A stretch of DNA of 64,000 nt, from assembly GCA_965153285.1 (NCBI GenBank), contig OZ229112.1; one strand, 5' to 3'. How positions within the stretch are numbered: the stretch's first letter is position 1; each line of letters opens with the position of its first letter. This DNA is from Podarcis tiliguerta (taxonomy: Eukaryota). The notes under the pieces were generated by a model. The model saw only the letters and a program-made list of their open reading frames with translations. It was not told the origin of the DNA and searched no databases. This document shows, one piece after another, positions 11,357 through 24,256 of the stretch. Both the position numbers and the translations under genes were made by a program.

Positions 11357-13871
11357 TACCTCAACTTCTGAGGTATGACCGTGTGTATGTGTGTGTTTGT
11401 ACCAAGATGTGACAATCAAGAAATAGCTAAACATGTCATATACTCTTGCACTATTGACCATTGCTTCTGCTGCCTTGCCTTTTTCTTCAAACACTCCTAG
11501 TTCTCAGATACTGCACATTTAAATATTGTAGTAGATAATAATTTTATTGAGCAGCTTGACTAATATTCTTAGGAAAATGCAACAAAAATTCTTTTCGGGT
11601 TTTTGTTGTTGTTATTGTTTTGCCACCATTGATCAGTGGGTATTGGCTACTAATGCAGAAACTATTTTTTTATTCGCCATTAAATATTCTAGTGTGATAT
11701 ATGAAATATTAAAATGTGTAGCATTTGTTACACAGTTGTTTTCAACTTTGTTAAAATTTCTCTCATCCGATCTCAGCATTATACCCCACAGTATCCTCTG
11801 TACTATGTAACAATAACCCCGCCGCAAGCTGTAAAATAGTAGCATATAATTAACAGCATATAATTAACACTGCATTTATGAAGTGAGTAAGAGATCACAT
11901 ATAAAGACATAAATGATGCATGCGGAACTTTAGTCTCCCTACCCCCAAAAAGCTATTTGGAACAGACTGACAGTCCCCACTGGGCATGCATAAGCCATTC
12001 TGCATGCCACACAGAGCTCTTTGGATTGTGTCTGCTGAATGAATAAATGAGTAAATATAAGCTCAAGGGAAGAAAAATCTATACGGCTCCTCAGATGGGA
12101 CGTTAATTTTGAAATCTTACCATATCTAGGTGATTGGAGTTGCTGATACCCTTTTAATCTCTGTTGTTTTGTTAACTCTTGCCCTGATTTAGCAAAGGAG
12201 ATCTGTATGTGGTGTGGTTTTGGTCTTCCGCAGCGAAATCTGCTGCCGAGACTGGAAAATGGCAATCACAGCTAGCCTGAGGCATTTTGCTCCCCAGGTG
12301 AAGGGCAGGATGGAACCCCCCCACCACCCATTCCATGCACAGAAGCTGACTGGGGTGGCAGTTGACTCTTAAACTCTTGTAATAGGCCACCACAATCCTA
12401 CACTATGTCTGTAGGATGGAAGGAGAAGAAATGGAAAGTCCCATTGTACTAACAGAACTAGATGCTTGGAGCATTACAGTTAAACTTCACCATGTTACCA
12501 TTGCTTTGAATAAGAACACTTACACTATGATTACTATCACTTGGAATGGCATAGCCAATACAATACATGGTTTCTGTTACTTTAATAGTATAGTTATCTG
12601 GATTTCAGCTCCTCTCCCTATTGGAGCCTAAAGCCAGTTTTCCTGTAGCACATCCATCCATTTAACACTCAACTAGGCACTGAAGACTAGACTTGCAGTT
12701 TTCCTCCTCTCTCCAGATTCAGGCTTCACTCAGGACTTCTGCAGCAGTCTTCCCTCTGGTCCAGCAACCACTGTTGCCTCAGGCTCTTGACAATCTTGCT
12801 GGTGCTCAGCTGAAGAACTTGGCTGAGGGCTGCTTCTAGAGTCACAGCTCTTCCTTGCACCTTCTCAGCTCTAGCCAATAATGCCAGCTCTCGGTCACTC
12901 TCAGGCTTCCTGAGCCTCTCTGAGCCACTTATTAAGTCTGCTGTCTGACTCCAGTGTCCAGCTTTTCCTTCAGCTTAACCAATAGCCTCTCTCAGCAATT
13001 CCCTCCCCTTGACCAGAGACTAAGCTCTTTGTTCTCTCTAGCTGGCCAGTCAGCCACCGCCATCTTCGCCAGCCAGTCATTTCAGCTTGGGTAGGATTCT
13101 GCCCCCTCATCGGCATATAACTGACCCATCTGGATGAGGTAAAATGTCCACCAACTGAACAATCGGATCTCACCAGTTTCTGATGCTGTATAAAATGACA
13201 AAAAGAGGGCATATGACATAGTTTAATCCTTTACATCCAACTATGTAGAAATCTTTTATACTTTTTTTAAAAGTTGCCTCTGAAACAAGATGGATTTTCA
13301 CAATGCCACTCCTCACACCCTCCTCACATCTGTGGCTTGAGATGGCTGCCTCACTGTGCCTAATTGTAAGGTGCTGGCATGAGAATCCTTTGCCTAATTT
13401 TTGTTCTCAGCAACTGGGGCTGCATTTAACACCACACCCAGCACATGTGAAATTTGAATGCTCATATGGCATTCACAAGACATAATTCTCATCAGTATAT
13501 CCGTCTTTTGGTGCAGATGGGTGTCTCTGTGTTTTTGTGTGTAGCTTTCTGCTATCAGGAGCCACTGCACAGAGTTATCACTTGTGACTAGCTATATGTA
13601 GGGCTTTGCTGATGCATGTGAAGGTCACTAGATCTTTATTTAGAGTGGCTAGAAATCTTCCACACTTGCCAACATCTGTATAATCACAGGAATTTATAAC
13701 TACTCATAAGCATATGCTTAACCTGTGATCAGGGCATTACAGTTAACCACCAAGAGATTTACTGATGAAGACCAGGACCCTGAGTCCATTGTTGTGCAGA
13801 TACCCCTTTACAGGAAACAATCTTATGCTGCTAAGGCTCCGAAATCAATTTATTGTCATTTATCTCCTCAG

Positions 13872-14071
13872 GAATGTGAATCGGCTCCCTGTCTTAATGG
13901 AGGTTCTTGTCAAGATTTGGTCAATGCCTTTGAGTGCATTTGCTTGAGTGGATACACTGGTGAATTTTGTGAAGTGGATATTGATGTTTGCGCTGAACCT
14001 CTTCTGAACTCATCCCTCTGTTTCAATGGAGGCAAATGTGTTGATGGCCCAGGAAGAACTTTTTATTGCAG
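13872..14071 (+). CDS. EYS: EYS internal coding exon (200 nt, phase 0-2; probably human exon 22 equivalent)
   Basis: Acceptor tttatctcctcAG, donor CAG|GTCAGT. Translates [66 protein letters not shown](R). The segment CAEPxLNSxxCxNGGxCVDGPGxTFxC is the distinctive EYS repeat (recalled human CAEPELNSVICLNGGICVDGPGHTFDCR). Confidence 0.95.
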
Positions 14072-14319
14072 GTCAGTAGTCTGCTTACCTATAACATGAG
14101 CAATCAATATACATCAAGTTGTTAAGAAATCTGGAGGGGGTTATGTTATAGGGTCTTTTCTAAACCAACATGAATGTTGTGATGTTTTTAAAAGGACCAT
14201 TGGAATCTGAAAAGGTTTAGCAATATAAGAGTTAACCTTTGTGATCTGTTTTGAGTTCCGCCTGATAGCAAAAAAAGGGGGGTATGTTATTATTTTAAGT
14301 AAACAACTACTGGTAACTG

Positions 14320-14640
14320 AACATCTGAAATACCTCCTCCTTCCCTACTGGGGTGCTGAGATTGGCCTGCAGAGGTTTGAGGGGGGACAGCCAAGGAGAG
14401 GGTATTCTCTGTGGTGGCCCCTAAATGGTGGAACTCCCTCCACACAGAGGTGCATCTGGCACCCTCATTTCACAGCTTCTGGTGACTGCTGAAGACACAC
14501 TTCTTTACTCCAGTTTTTGACGCTTGAGGTGTATCTTTTCAGAACTCTCCTTATTTTTGTGTTTGTGTTAAACTGTTTCTAATATTGTGTTTTAATGTTG
14601 TAACCCACCATGGGCCATAGGGTAAAGTGTGGGGCGTTGT
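14320..14640 (+). mobile_element. L2 LINE 3' fragment
   Basis: agggtattctctgtggtggcccctaaatggtggaactccctc (RVFSVVAPKWWNSL, the L2 ORF2 C-terminal motif), ctgaagacacacttcttt, then a T-rich 3' UTR. Confidence 0.8.
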
Positions 14641-15486
14641 TGTTGGTGTTGTTGGTGTTGTTAAGAAACAAAATCACTCAATCCAATTGGGCCCTTGGTG
14701 TCATTTGCCCTTGGTGTCTTGATTCAGACACTGAGTCAGAGGCTACAGTGTCACCAGCTAAGAATTGGACTTTTCCACTCTCTCATCCCCTTGTGCATTC
14801 CCTTAAACTGTTCTTGGGGTTTTCCCTATCCTCCAGAGCAGATTTAGGGGGTGCAGGGGACACGGGAAGGAAAGGAGGGAAAGTCCCATTCCACGGGCAG
14901 ACCTTGTTCTGTGCATGCAGCAACTTGGTTGAATCCTGCTCAATTGTTCTGTGGTCAGTGATGCATGATGTTGCAATGAGTATCTTGAGGGCAAAATATG
15001 TGTAACACTCTCTGAAGTCACACTTTTTAATGTGCAAAAATCATATATAGTTATGAGATCTCACCCAAAATTACATGGTGCGTTTCAGTAGATGTCGAGA
15101 CAATTACAATTTTTAAGGGGACAAGTTCACCCATCCCATTTGTTCAGAAAATAAAAATCAGGCTGAGGTTTGTGATCGTGCCTTCTTCATTAACCATAGT
15201 CTAACTCAACCACAGCAGATCAAGAACTATTTTTAAGTGCATTCGTAATATGGCGTAGTAGCCGTATCGGGACTATACCAGCTCAGTTTCGCCCAAGAAG
15301 CCATTTAATTGAAATTATATTCACAGGAAAGTTAGGGTACTTCCTATGACAGAGTACTTGTAAACCAGTCTTCTCTCTGGTTTGGTAAGTTTTACAGAAT
15401 TGCTGCTATTTTGCCCTATTCACACAAAAGGCTGGTGAAGAGATGGGAAGAGGAAAAGGACAGAAAAATCCAAATTTATGATGTTA

Positions 15487-15746
15487 TAGTGGTACCTCTG
15501 GTTGCGAACGGGATCAGTTCTGGAGGCCTGTTCGCAACATGAAAAGAGCGCAACCTGAAGTGCCGTATCTGCGCAGGTGCGCGGCACGATTTGGTGCTTG
15601 TGCGCATGCGCGAAGCGTGATCTAGCACTTCTGTGCATGCGCAAGCGGCAAAACCCGGAAGTAACCCTTTCCGGTACTTCCGGGTCGCTGCAGGATGTAA
15701 CCTGAAAGAACGTAACATGAAGCAAACGTAACATGAGGTATGACCG
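15487..15746. mobile_element. Tc1/mariner-type MITE (CpG-rich subfamily)
   Basis: TA|tagtggtacctc ... gaggtatgaccg|TA; internal gtaac repeats and a ccggaagtaaccc...ggtacttccgg palindrome. Confidence 0.85.
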
Positions 15747-15900
15747 TATATGAAAATGGATATATTCAAACATATTAGACTTTTTAATAAGAAATATTTA
15801 ATGGGATCTGTGAAGATATATATATATATATAGGTTGTAAAAACATGACTTTTTTCAACTGAAATGACAGCAAATATTATTTAAATGTATGACTTACTTG

Positions 15901-15986
15901 AGACTCCTGCATTGCAGGGGGTTGGACTAGCCTTGGGGGCCCTTCCAACTCTACAATTCCGTGATTCTATTATTCTATGATTCTGT
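15901..15986 (+). mobile_element. CR1 LINE extreme 3' end
   Basis: cctgcattgcagggggttggactag...ccttccaactctacaattccgtgattctattattctatgattct. Confidence 0.85.
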
Positions 15987-16599
15987 GCTGAAGAAGGCAC
16001 TGAATAGTGACTAGAATTTGCAGAGAGATTCAGCATAATGTGAGTTCTGGTAATGATTTAATTAATTCTTTGCAGGAATAAAAACTTAGATATACACAAA
16101 GCTTTCAACATTCTCTAGGCTGTTTTAAGGTGCATTTATCAAATTCTCTTTGTATTAGAAATAATACTCAGACTTCCACTTTGACTTACTCATCTATTGA
16201 AAAGCTTGATAAAAAGGAATTCTAATCCTTTGTGACAATTTTCTGTGTGAAATACTAATATAGTCTCGAAAGCATACATTTCAAGATATCATTGTATGTT
16301 TTGTAGTTGGTGGTCTGAAGCAAAGCTGAAAGAAGTTTATTAAGCATAATTATTAGAATATAATGCCAACCATATAATAGTGGGTTGTAACTTTTAACTA
16401 TGTGGGGTAAGTAACCTAATAGGTTTGCAGCACAATCCTATATTTCTGCTTAGAAGTAAATCCCACTGAGGTTTATGAGGCTGACCCCCAAGTAAGTAGG
16501 TTAAGATTCCACCCTGAAAACAACAAATAACAATGAAATTAATGAATAACTGTTTATGTGCATCTCAAAAATGATGCAAAGTGAACATCTAAGGAAAAT

Positions 16600-18060
16600 A
16601 CATTTTCAGCTAGCTGTGAAAGCTTCTTGGGACAGAACATTTCTTTAGTTATTTCCAGAAAGTACAATAGTGGGCAAAAGGGACGCGGGTGGCGCTGTGG
16701 GTTAAAGCCTCAGTGCCTAGGGCTTGCCGATCGAAAGGTCGGCGGTTCGAATCCCCGCGGCGGGGTGCGCTCCCGCTGTTCAGTCCCAGCGCCTGCCAAC
16801 CTAGCAGTTCGAAAGCACCCCCGGGGGCAAGTAGATAAATAGGGACCGCTTACTAGCGGGAAGGTAAACGGCGTTCCGTGTGCGGCTCTGGCTCGCCAGA
16901 GCAGCGATGTCACGCTGGCCACGTGACCCGGAAGTGTCTTCAGACAGCGCTGGCCCCCGGCCTCTTGAGTGAGATGGGCGCACAACCCTAGAGTCTGTCA
17001 AGACTGGCCCATACGGGCAGGGGTACCTTTACCTTTACCTTTACAATAGTGGGCACCTGTTGAATGTCAACAGGATCACTGTTCCACAGAACAGGGGCAG
17101 CCACACTGAAAGCCCTGCTCTTAGTTACTGAGGATCAGACTTCTGATATTTTAGGGACTTGAAGGAGAAACTCTTCTGCAGTGTGCAGAGACCTACTTGG
17201 CATAAGATTATCTCTTAAGTAGCTTGTACTTGAGCTGTATAGGGCCTTAGTACCAAAGTCTCATACCAGTAGCAGATTGGAGCCAGTGCAAAACACACAA
17301 ACAAGGTGTGATATGCTGGTAGGAGTGTGTCCCCATAACCTAACCACCATGTTCTCTGTTAACTGCAGCCTCTGGCCCAGCCTCAAGGGCAGCCCCACAT
17401 AGAGTTAATTGCAGTAATCAACATATGAGGTTACCAATTCATGGACAACTGTGGCCTAGCTAACCTGATTCAGAGATGGACATTACTGTCCTACCGCCAA
17501 GGCTGATAAGAGGCACTCCTAGTCAATAAGCACACCTGTGTCTCTAGTAGCACAGCTAGGGCTAGGAGCATCTCCTGGCTACACACCTGCTCCTCCAGGG
17601 AGAGTCTGACCCCATCCAGAGCAGGTTATTTACTGGCTTCCCAGACTCAGGAACTGATCACCTGCAAGAGCCTCTATCTTGCCAGGATTCAGACTTGGTA
17701 TATTAGCTCTCATCTGGCCCACCACTACATCCTGACACTGCTTGCTCATCCATTCCTGAGTTAGTTATTACAAAAACATGGAGTTCGATGTCATCAGTCC
17801 ACTCCAAATCTCCTAATGACCACACCCAGCAGATTTATGTAGATGTTAAACAGCATTGGAGGCAATATAGTGCCCTGAGGCACCTCATAGCTCAAGAGCC
17901 AAGGGACCAAGAAGCACATCCCATGTTATCTTCTGGAACCATTCCAGAACCGTTCCGGAACAGTGACCTCAATACCCAACTCCCCAAGATAGTACAGGAA
18001 GATACGTTGGTTGATGGTATCAACAGCTGATGAAAGACCAAGCAAGAACAGCACATTTCA
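16600..18060 (-). mobile_element. Decayed L2 LINE ORF2 fragment, interrupted by a Sauria SINE
   Basis: Minus strand gives LFLLGLSSAVDTI (LDLSAAFDT motif, ~18010-18050), TDDIE (YADDT-like, ~17785-17800) and RAFSVAAPVLWNS (~17080-17120). The L2 3' end continues on the other side of the SINE. Confidence 0.8.
16680..17041 (+). mobile_element. Full-length Sauria SINE with 14-bp TSD
   Basis: Head gggacgcgggTGGCGCTGTGG...GGTTCGAATCC (pol III boxes A and B), (ACCTTT)n tail, and tacaatagtgggca at both 16663-16676 and 17042-17055. Confidence 0.95.
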
Positions 18061-19728
18061 TCTTAAAACAAAACATACAGCACAAATCTGTAGATATGGT
18101 TGCATGAATATTGGAGGGAAGGAATCAATTATTATTTTCTTTTTAAAAAAATGCTGAGTCCAAAGCCATTCATATTGTTCTGATGTTGTTGTTTTTCTGA
18201 GGCATGTGCTTCTCCTTTGGCCTCTTAAGGCCTTGGCTTTATTAACCCACCCTACTATTCCATTCTCTTGGCTATGGTGATCTATGTGATTTGGTTGATG
18301 GCATCTGATATGATATAAAGAATATGAGCCAGATCCAGTGGGGTGCCTCACAGTCAATCAAATTAAGCAGCAGTGTGGGAAACGAGGGTGAAGACAGTGA
18401 GATCAAAGATAGTAGTGGCAAAAAGAAGAAGAAGCCGCCGCCAAGGGAACAAACAGGTGCTGAACAGTATTGAAATAATGTGGATATTTTTGCAAGGTGA
18501 ATAACACCCCCCCTCCATGTGTTCAGTCACAATAAGTGTGCCTATCAAGAAAACATTGAAATCAGAGAAAATTTGATGAAATCCTAATTTAATCTTGCAG
18601 GCACCACTCGTACATGGTGGATTTGTACTTCTATGGTGTAGAATTTGGAATTATGCATTGTTAGAGCTGGTATTGGATCCTTGAATAACATTTTGCATTC
18701 TAGCCCCAACTGTGTCTTCTCAGACTATACCCAAACTGAAAAACAAAACAGTTCCTTACTCTTTATTGTCGGTAGAATTATCATGCTCGTGTCAATGAAT
18801 ATAAAGAAATGTATTTGTAACAGAGAAGGCAAAGCTGTGTGAGGCATCTTTGATTCAGACATAGCAAAATTGGCCACGAATCAACCCAAGCCTGCAGGCA
18901 AAATTGTATCATAAATATGGAGCTAAAGAGTGAGCATGTGGTGAGCTATAGATCTTCTCAGATGCTAAGAGCTCAGTGTTTCAGCTCTTAACTTATTATA
19001 CCATATAAATTTGCCCTTATCCTTGTGCCCCATTGCACACAAGTCCCAAAGTACTTTATGCAAGGTCACAAACAGCTGGCGTTAATGTCGAAAGCTATTA
19101 AGCAAATCTTTTCCTTCAGAATGTGGAGAGAACTATATTTATTGGGTTTTTTACCAAAAAAAAAAAAATCAGAGGAACTGAATGTAAGAAAAGAATGATA
19201 TCCCCTACACAAACAGTCACACCCAGTAAGACATTGATCATTGCAGTTTACATGACATTTGTATACCGGTAACCAGCAAGTTAAATTACAGAAGAATGTT
19301 CTGTGTTTGACCTCTATGGAAGCATGAATTCCTTGCCTGGGGCATCTCATAGCTGTAAGCAAGCAGGTGCTGTGACAATTTTTACTTTTTTAAAAAAATG
19401 ATATAAGTATATGCAAAAGTAGCACCTGGATTCCTAGCAAGCTGAATCAGCAGGTCTGTTGTACATGGATGTAGAATATCTTTTTGGTCTGTTGCATTTT
19501 TCAAATTTATACTGAAGTTCACAAAAGGCAAGCCTTTAATGCATTCATCATTCTCTCATACTCTCATACCTTCACCATTAAAAGTCATCCACACCTGTTC
19601 AAAATCATTTTGAGTCATTGGACGCTGGGGAGATTAAGGGCCCTGGTGTTGAGTGAACAGTCCCAGTCTGACAGACATGTTTGTTAGCTTATGTCACAGC
19701 AAGAAAAATGTAAACAATTGGTTGGGCT

Positions 19729-19864
19729 CAGTGCTATTTTTCTAGAAAAAGAGGTGCTGGAACTCAAAACGAACACCTCCCTCATTCTCTTAGTATGGCA
19801 ATGGCGCCCACCTGGCTGGTGCTGGAACTGAGTTCTGGTGAGTTCCAGCTGGAAAAAAGCCCTG
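19729..19864. mobile_element. hAT-like MITE
   Basis: cagtgctatttt ... aaaaaagccctg TIRs; repeated gctggaactc/gagttccagc subterminal motifs. Confidence 0.65.
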
Positions 19865-20921
19865 ATTGAATCTTAAGCACTTCTACATAACATGGTGAAG
19901 AGAAAAAACCAAGGGGCATAACTCAATTATTATTTTTTTGAAAAGATAATGCTTAAACATTGTTTTGGAGGTGGGGAGAGAGAAAGCTGATAGGGATTTT
20001 CACAATATGCTTTTTCTATAGAGCGAAGCAGTTATTTTATACCACAGACATGGCCTTGAAGGGAGGGAAAGTGTGTGTGTGAGAGAGAATCTTTGCCTTG
20101 TACACGCTCTAGCATTGCATTATGTCTTAAACTCTGGTATAAATTTCAGCTCACACTCTACGGAGACATGTCTAGGGAGCTGTAATTCACTGCCATCCTG
20201 GGCAGATTGCCATTGGAAGGAAGCTTCAGGAAACAGACTCCCAGCTGAAGCCCACCTACCTTGTTTTGTATTCTAATCTCTTTAATTAAAGCAACTCGCT
20301 GCCGTAATGAGAAGCGCTACACAAATTAGCAAATTAATACTAAAAACATCCTCAGTGCCAAGGGGGTCTCCTGAATGCAGGTCAGTATGAAATGTAGATA
20401 CAGATATCATAAAAGTAAGTTGACCCAAGCCCTCAGGACCACAAAAAAGAGACAAAATTGCTTTTTAGAAGACACTCATTTTAAAAAGACAAGCACAGCA
20501 CATTGGGTAAAGTGGAGATAAACTGGAAAGTGATAAAGTGAACCCACCCCCAATATATTTTCAGCTCAAATATTTGAAAAGTGATGAAAGTCATACATAT
20601 ATATATATATGGCTGAAATGTAGTTTTATACCAGGAGCCAGCAAACATGTAGAATTTTTCATGCCTTGGGTGCTGATAAATATTGATAAGAGAGGAAGTT
20701 GGTAACTTTATGTACAATGCTTACCTCTGTGGAAGAGCACATTTCACCATCAGCAATAGCCAGAGTTTGCCCTTAGTATGTTTATACACTTTGTTCTTAC
20801 ATATGCTCATAACATATATTAAAGTTGGATTGCTCTGGTTAAATATGTGTGTGTGTAAAGGTGTGTGTTTCCCTTATTTGATATATGTGCACTTCCATAA
20901 CCATGGACACCATCTCACCCT

Positions 20922-21247
20922 CAGGACTGTGGATGCCCAATGCCGCAAAGCGGATGTGTGACATCACACAAACATGCATGCATATAGCGTGTGGGACGTC
21001 ACACACTCGCATTGCGGTGGCAGCAGCTCCTCTTCCTCCTCTCCGCAGCCAGCAAGGCACCCTTTTTCTGTGGCCTCCACATCCGATCCCCACCCCCTGG
21101 GAAAATATGCCTCACTGGCTGGCTATAGAGGGCAGAGCCAATGCTGCCTGCCGGCTTTTCTCATTGACTTAGTGGGTGCCCAGCCTCCACACTTAAATTA
21201 TTGTGGGTGCCCAAGAATCCACGCTCACCTGGAGTTGGCTCCTATGT
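20922..21247. mobile_element. hAT-like MITE remnant
   Basis: GC/CpG-rich block with an internal gtgtgacatcacac...gtgggacgtcacac inverted repeat, ending ggagttggctcctatg. Confidence 0.5.
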
Positions 21248-21404
21248 CCGTAACTCAGAGATTTCAGGTTGTAGCCAACAAAGTTCCGCTTTTAGTGCAA
21301 GAACATGTGCAACAGAAATTTTCCTCTTTCTCCTCCCCCTCCCAATATGTTCTGGGGAGTCCCTAACTCTGAAGTAGATTGGGGGCAGTGGGTATACAAG
21401 AAGT

Positions 21405-21438
21405 ATAGAATCATAGAATTGTAGAGTTGGAAGGGTCT
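21405..21438 (-). mobile_element. CR1 3' tail stub
   Basis: atagaatcatagaattgtagagttggaaggg is the reverse complement of the CR1 tail seen at 9790-9824 and 15940-15986. Confidence 0.75.
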
Positions 21439-23446
21439 ATTTAAATATGACCAGGACAAAAAATCCTAGACCTATTTTGCTCGAAATGTGGCAGGCTTAA
21501 ATCATCCTGGTGTTGCTAGTATGCCTGCAAATTTCATTCATTTCTGTAAAAGGAAAAAAAGGTATAAGTATTTTATTTATTTTTCTTTAGTGAGAGAGAT
21601 AGGAATGAATCAATCTTGGATATATTTAAGCTTACTTAAGCATCCTACAGAAGCATCTTGGACAAAAGTGGGCTGTTTTCCAAAGCACTAAATTGGGGTC
21701 CAAACTGAATTTGGTTCACGCACACCTGTACTGTATATACTGTTTGGAAATTTATTTTATTCAACACAAAAGAGGAACTGACTGAAAATGCTAGATGGGT
21801 ATAGGAGTTGCAGGAGCTATGTTGATATGAAAGCAGGCAAAAGCATGACCCAAATTTATAAGCCAAACATTTTTTGATTCTGTATGATTCTAGCAAGTAT
21901 TTTCTGTGTATTCACTGGGAGGGAAGGGACCATGCAGAGTGCCCTGACGGAAGGCCTACTGAGATTTGTTGGAGAAGGGAGAATACTTGCATTACTGCTA
22001 GAATTTATGCCTTGACATCAGAGCTGTCAGCACAGTGTCAAACAAGCACAAAGGAAAATATCAAGCAGAGCATTCTATTGACAGTACAGCAAGAGTGGGA
22101 GAACTTTCAAGTTCATGCTACCATCCCAGTATGTCAAGATAGCATCAGTTACTTTAGTCTGTGGACCATAATCACACATTTCAATATGAAATGGAGCAGG
22201 GCTGGTCCAACTCAGTTTGCTGCTTGAGATGGGGGAGCCAAGGCCCTTTTCCCATTTCAAGTATGAAAGGATTTACTGAAATTGATGGTGCAGTGAAAAT
22301 TTACAGAGTTTGAAAAACAAAATCGGGCTGACCACCCTGCAAAACTCCTCTTATCACAATATTTGCTCCCTGGTTCCCCTCCCCTTTCTATGCTAGTGTT
22401 TTAAAAGGGGGGTGCCTAGATTCCAGCCTCAGGCATTGTACATTTTCACCTCTTAAAACTCCCCCTACCCCTAGACGCATTGCTACAGGATTGCCACCAG
22501 CAACACACTTGTGTGGCACTTCTGCCACTACTTCGTGCCTCCAGCAGGCACTGGTAAAGACCCTTCACTTCAAGGCCATGCAGAAACACTGGCTATTTAC
22601 TGCTCTCCCTTCCATTTCTCTGATTGTTCTTGCTTTTCTCTCTCTCTCTCTGTTGAAATAAGTTGGGGAAATTGCTTGTGTTGGTGCAGGAGGAGCAGGT
22701 GAGAATGGGCAGAACCTCAATCTGACCTCCCAGCTTAGGTGCTGTTGCTGTCTATTGAACGGGGACAGGACAGGGCAGTGCTAAGGATGGGATGGTGTGA
22801 GCTTTCCAGCAGGAGGCTCTGAGTCGGATCCTCCAAAGGACCACCCTAAATGGTTGCTCCTCCTTTGTCAGCTGCTGCAGTCATTTTCATCATGGTTGCC
22901 TTTATGGTCATAGTATCTGAGCAGGGATGCAAGTCCATTTGTAAAAGCCGCTGGGAGCACAGGTGAAGTTGTTGCATCCATGGAAACATTCACTTCTGCT
23001 GCTGCTGCTCATGTTCACTCCTCAAGGCTGTTCCTTCTTCACTCAGGCACCCTTCCATTTCTGCAAAGTGTTCTGAAAGCAGGTTTGTAGATTAAATGAG
23101 GGCAAGCCTCTTCTTCTGACTCATCTTTCTTCACTGGCTCAGTGAAAGTGGATGGAAATGTACAAAGAGTTGTTTTTTTTTTGTACAATTTGTGCAGAAA
23201 CAACCCCACTTCACAGAGCCCTTTTGTAGATGCTGCAGACAACTCTCATGATGTATTCATTACCTGTTGTACTGTCCTCTGCGTTCTCTGAAGATCTTTC
23301 CCTGCAGAAATTTCTAAGGCTGTTTGGATTGTGATAGGAAGTGCAATATGACTGCTTTTATTCAGTGTTGTTCTCAGTTTTGCTCATCAGCTTGAAGTAT
23401 GGGCTTAAATGTGTCCACTGGACACTTAGTGTAGGTGCACACTGTT

Positions 23447-23669
23447 CAGTGGAGGCAAATGGATGGTTCACTAGGGCAAATGGACCAGTTCACCATCAAT
23501 TTCATTCTGCCCTCTTACAACCGGCCTAGGGAATAGAAGTGCCTGGCAGCTTCCTCCTCCTCCTTAGTCTTCAGGTTGCCCTTGTAGAACCCTGCAGGGA
23601 AGAGGATGGGGACAAAACTAGGATTAGTTGGCTCTGCCTTCCAGATTCAACGGGCACCAGCCACCACTG
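23447..23669. mobile_element. hAT-like MITE with degenerate 8-bp TSD
   Basis: cagtggaggc ... gccaccactg TIRs; flanks acactgtt / ccactttt (6 of 8 identical). Confidence 0.65.
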
Positions 23670-23820
23670 CCACTTTTCTATATACTGCATTGTTGCATAC
23701 CACCCCAATCTCTGAGTGGTGTGAGATTCCAGGGAGTTTCTAGATGCTTACCCAGGGTTCGTGTTTCTTTTTGGGAATAAGGCACAGTGAAGACTGTGGT
23801 GTCTTTATGATATATGGTTT

Positions 23821-23824
<4 letters not shown>

Positions 23825-23853
<29 letters not shown>
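23825..23853. repeat. (AC)n microsatellite
   Basis: Seen directly. Confidence 0.95.
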
Positions 23854-24220
23854 ACCTGAGCCTACGATGGAGGAGTTGGCAGCACTAACACCCCAAAAGA
23901 GTCTTGTTTCTCCCAGAGCCACAGCCTTAGACTCAAACAGAAATCAACCATCGCTCTGAGTCTCTGGTTTTCCAACTTGCTGCTTTGCAAGGAAGGTGAC
24001 AACACTGCAGGCTCAATTCTAAACTCTGGCTTTGTCCTTCTAACTAAATACAAGCTTGGGGAAGGTCCCCACCCATTTGCTGTCTCGCAGACACCCCCCT
24101 TTCCATTGTTCTTTTAATCACCCAGTTGATCACAACACAGGAAGCTAGCCTGGCTTTTTTTTTAACACTTGCTCAGTCCAGGCATTAGAAGGGTCTCAAC
24201 TCCCCGCCCCAAACTCAAAA

Positions 24221-24222
<2 letters not shown>

Positions 24223-24252
<30 letters not shown>
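24223..24252. repeat. (AC)n microsatellite
   Basis: Seen directly. Confidence 0.95.

Positions 24253-24256
<4 letters not shown>

Noticed and set aside
12620-13150. LTR-like element on the minus strand
   Set aside because: Composition is suggestive, but I could not define both termini or a TSD.
16680-16760. tRNA gene
   Set aside because: Boxes A and B belong to the Sauria SINE head; there is no cloverleaf or pol III terminator, and the sequence continues into the SINE body.
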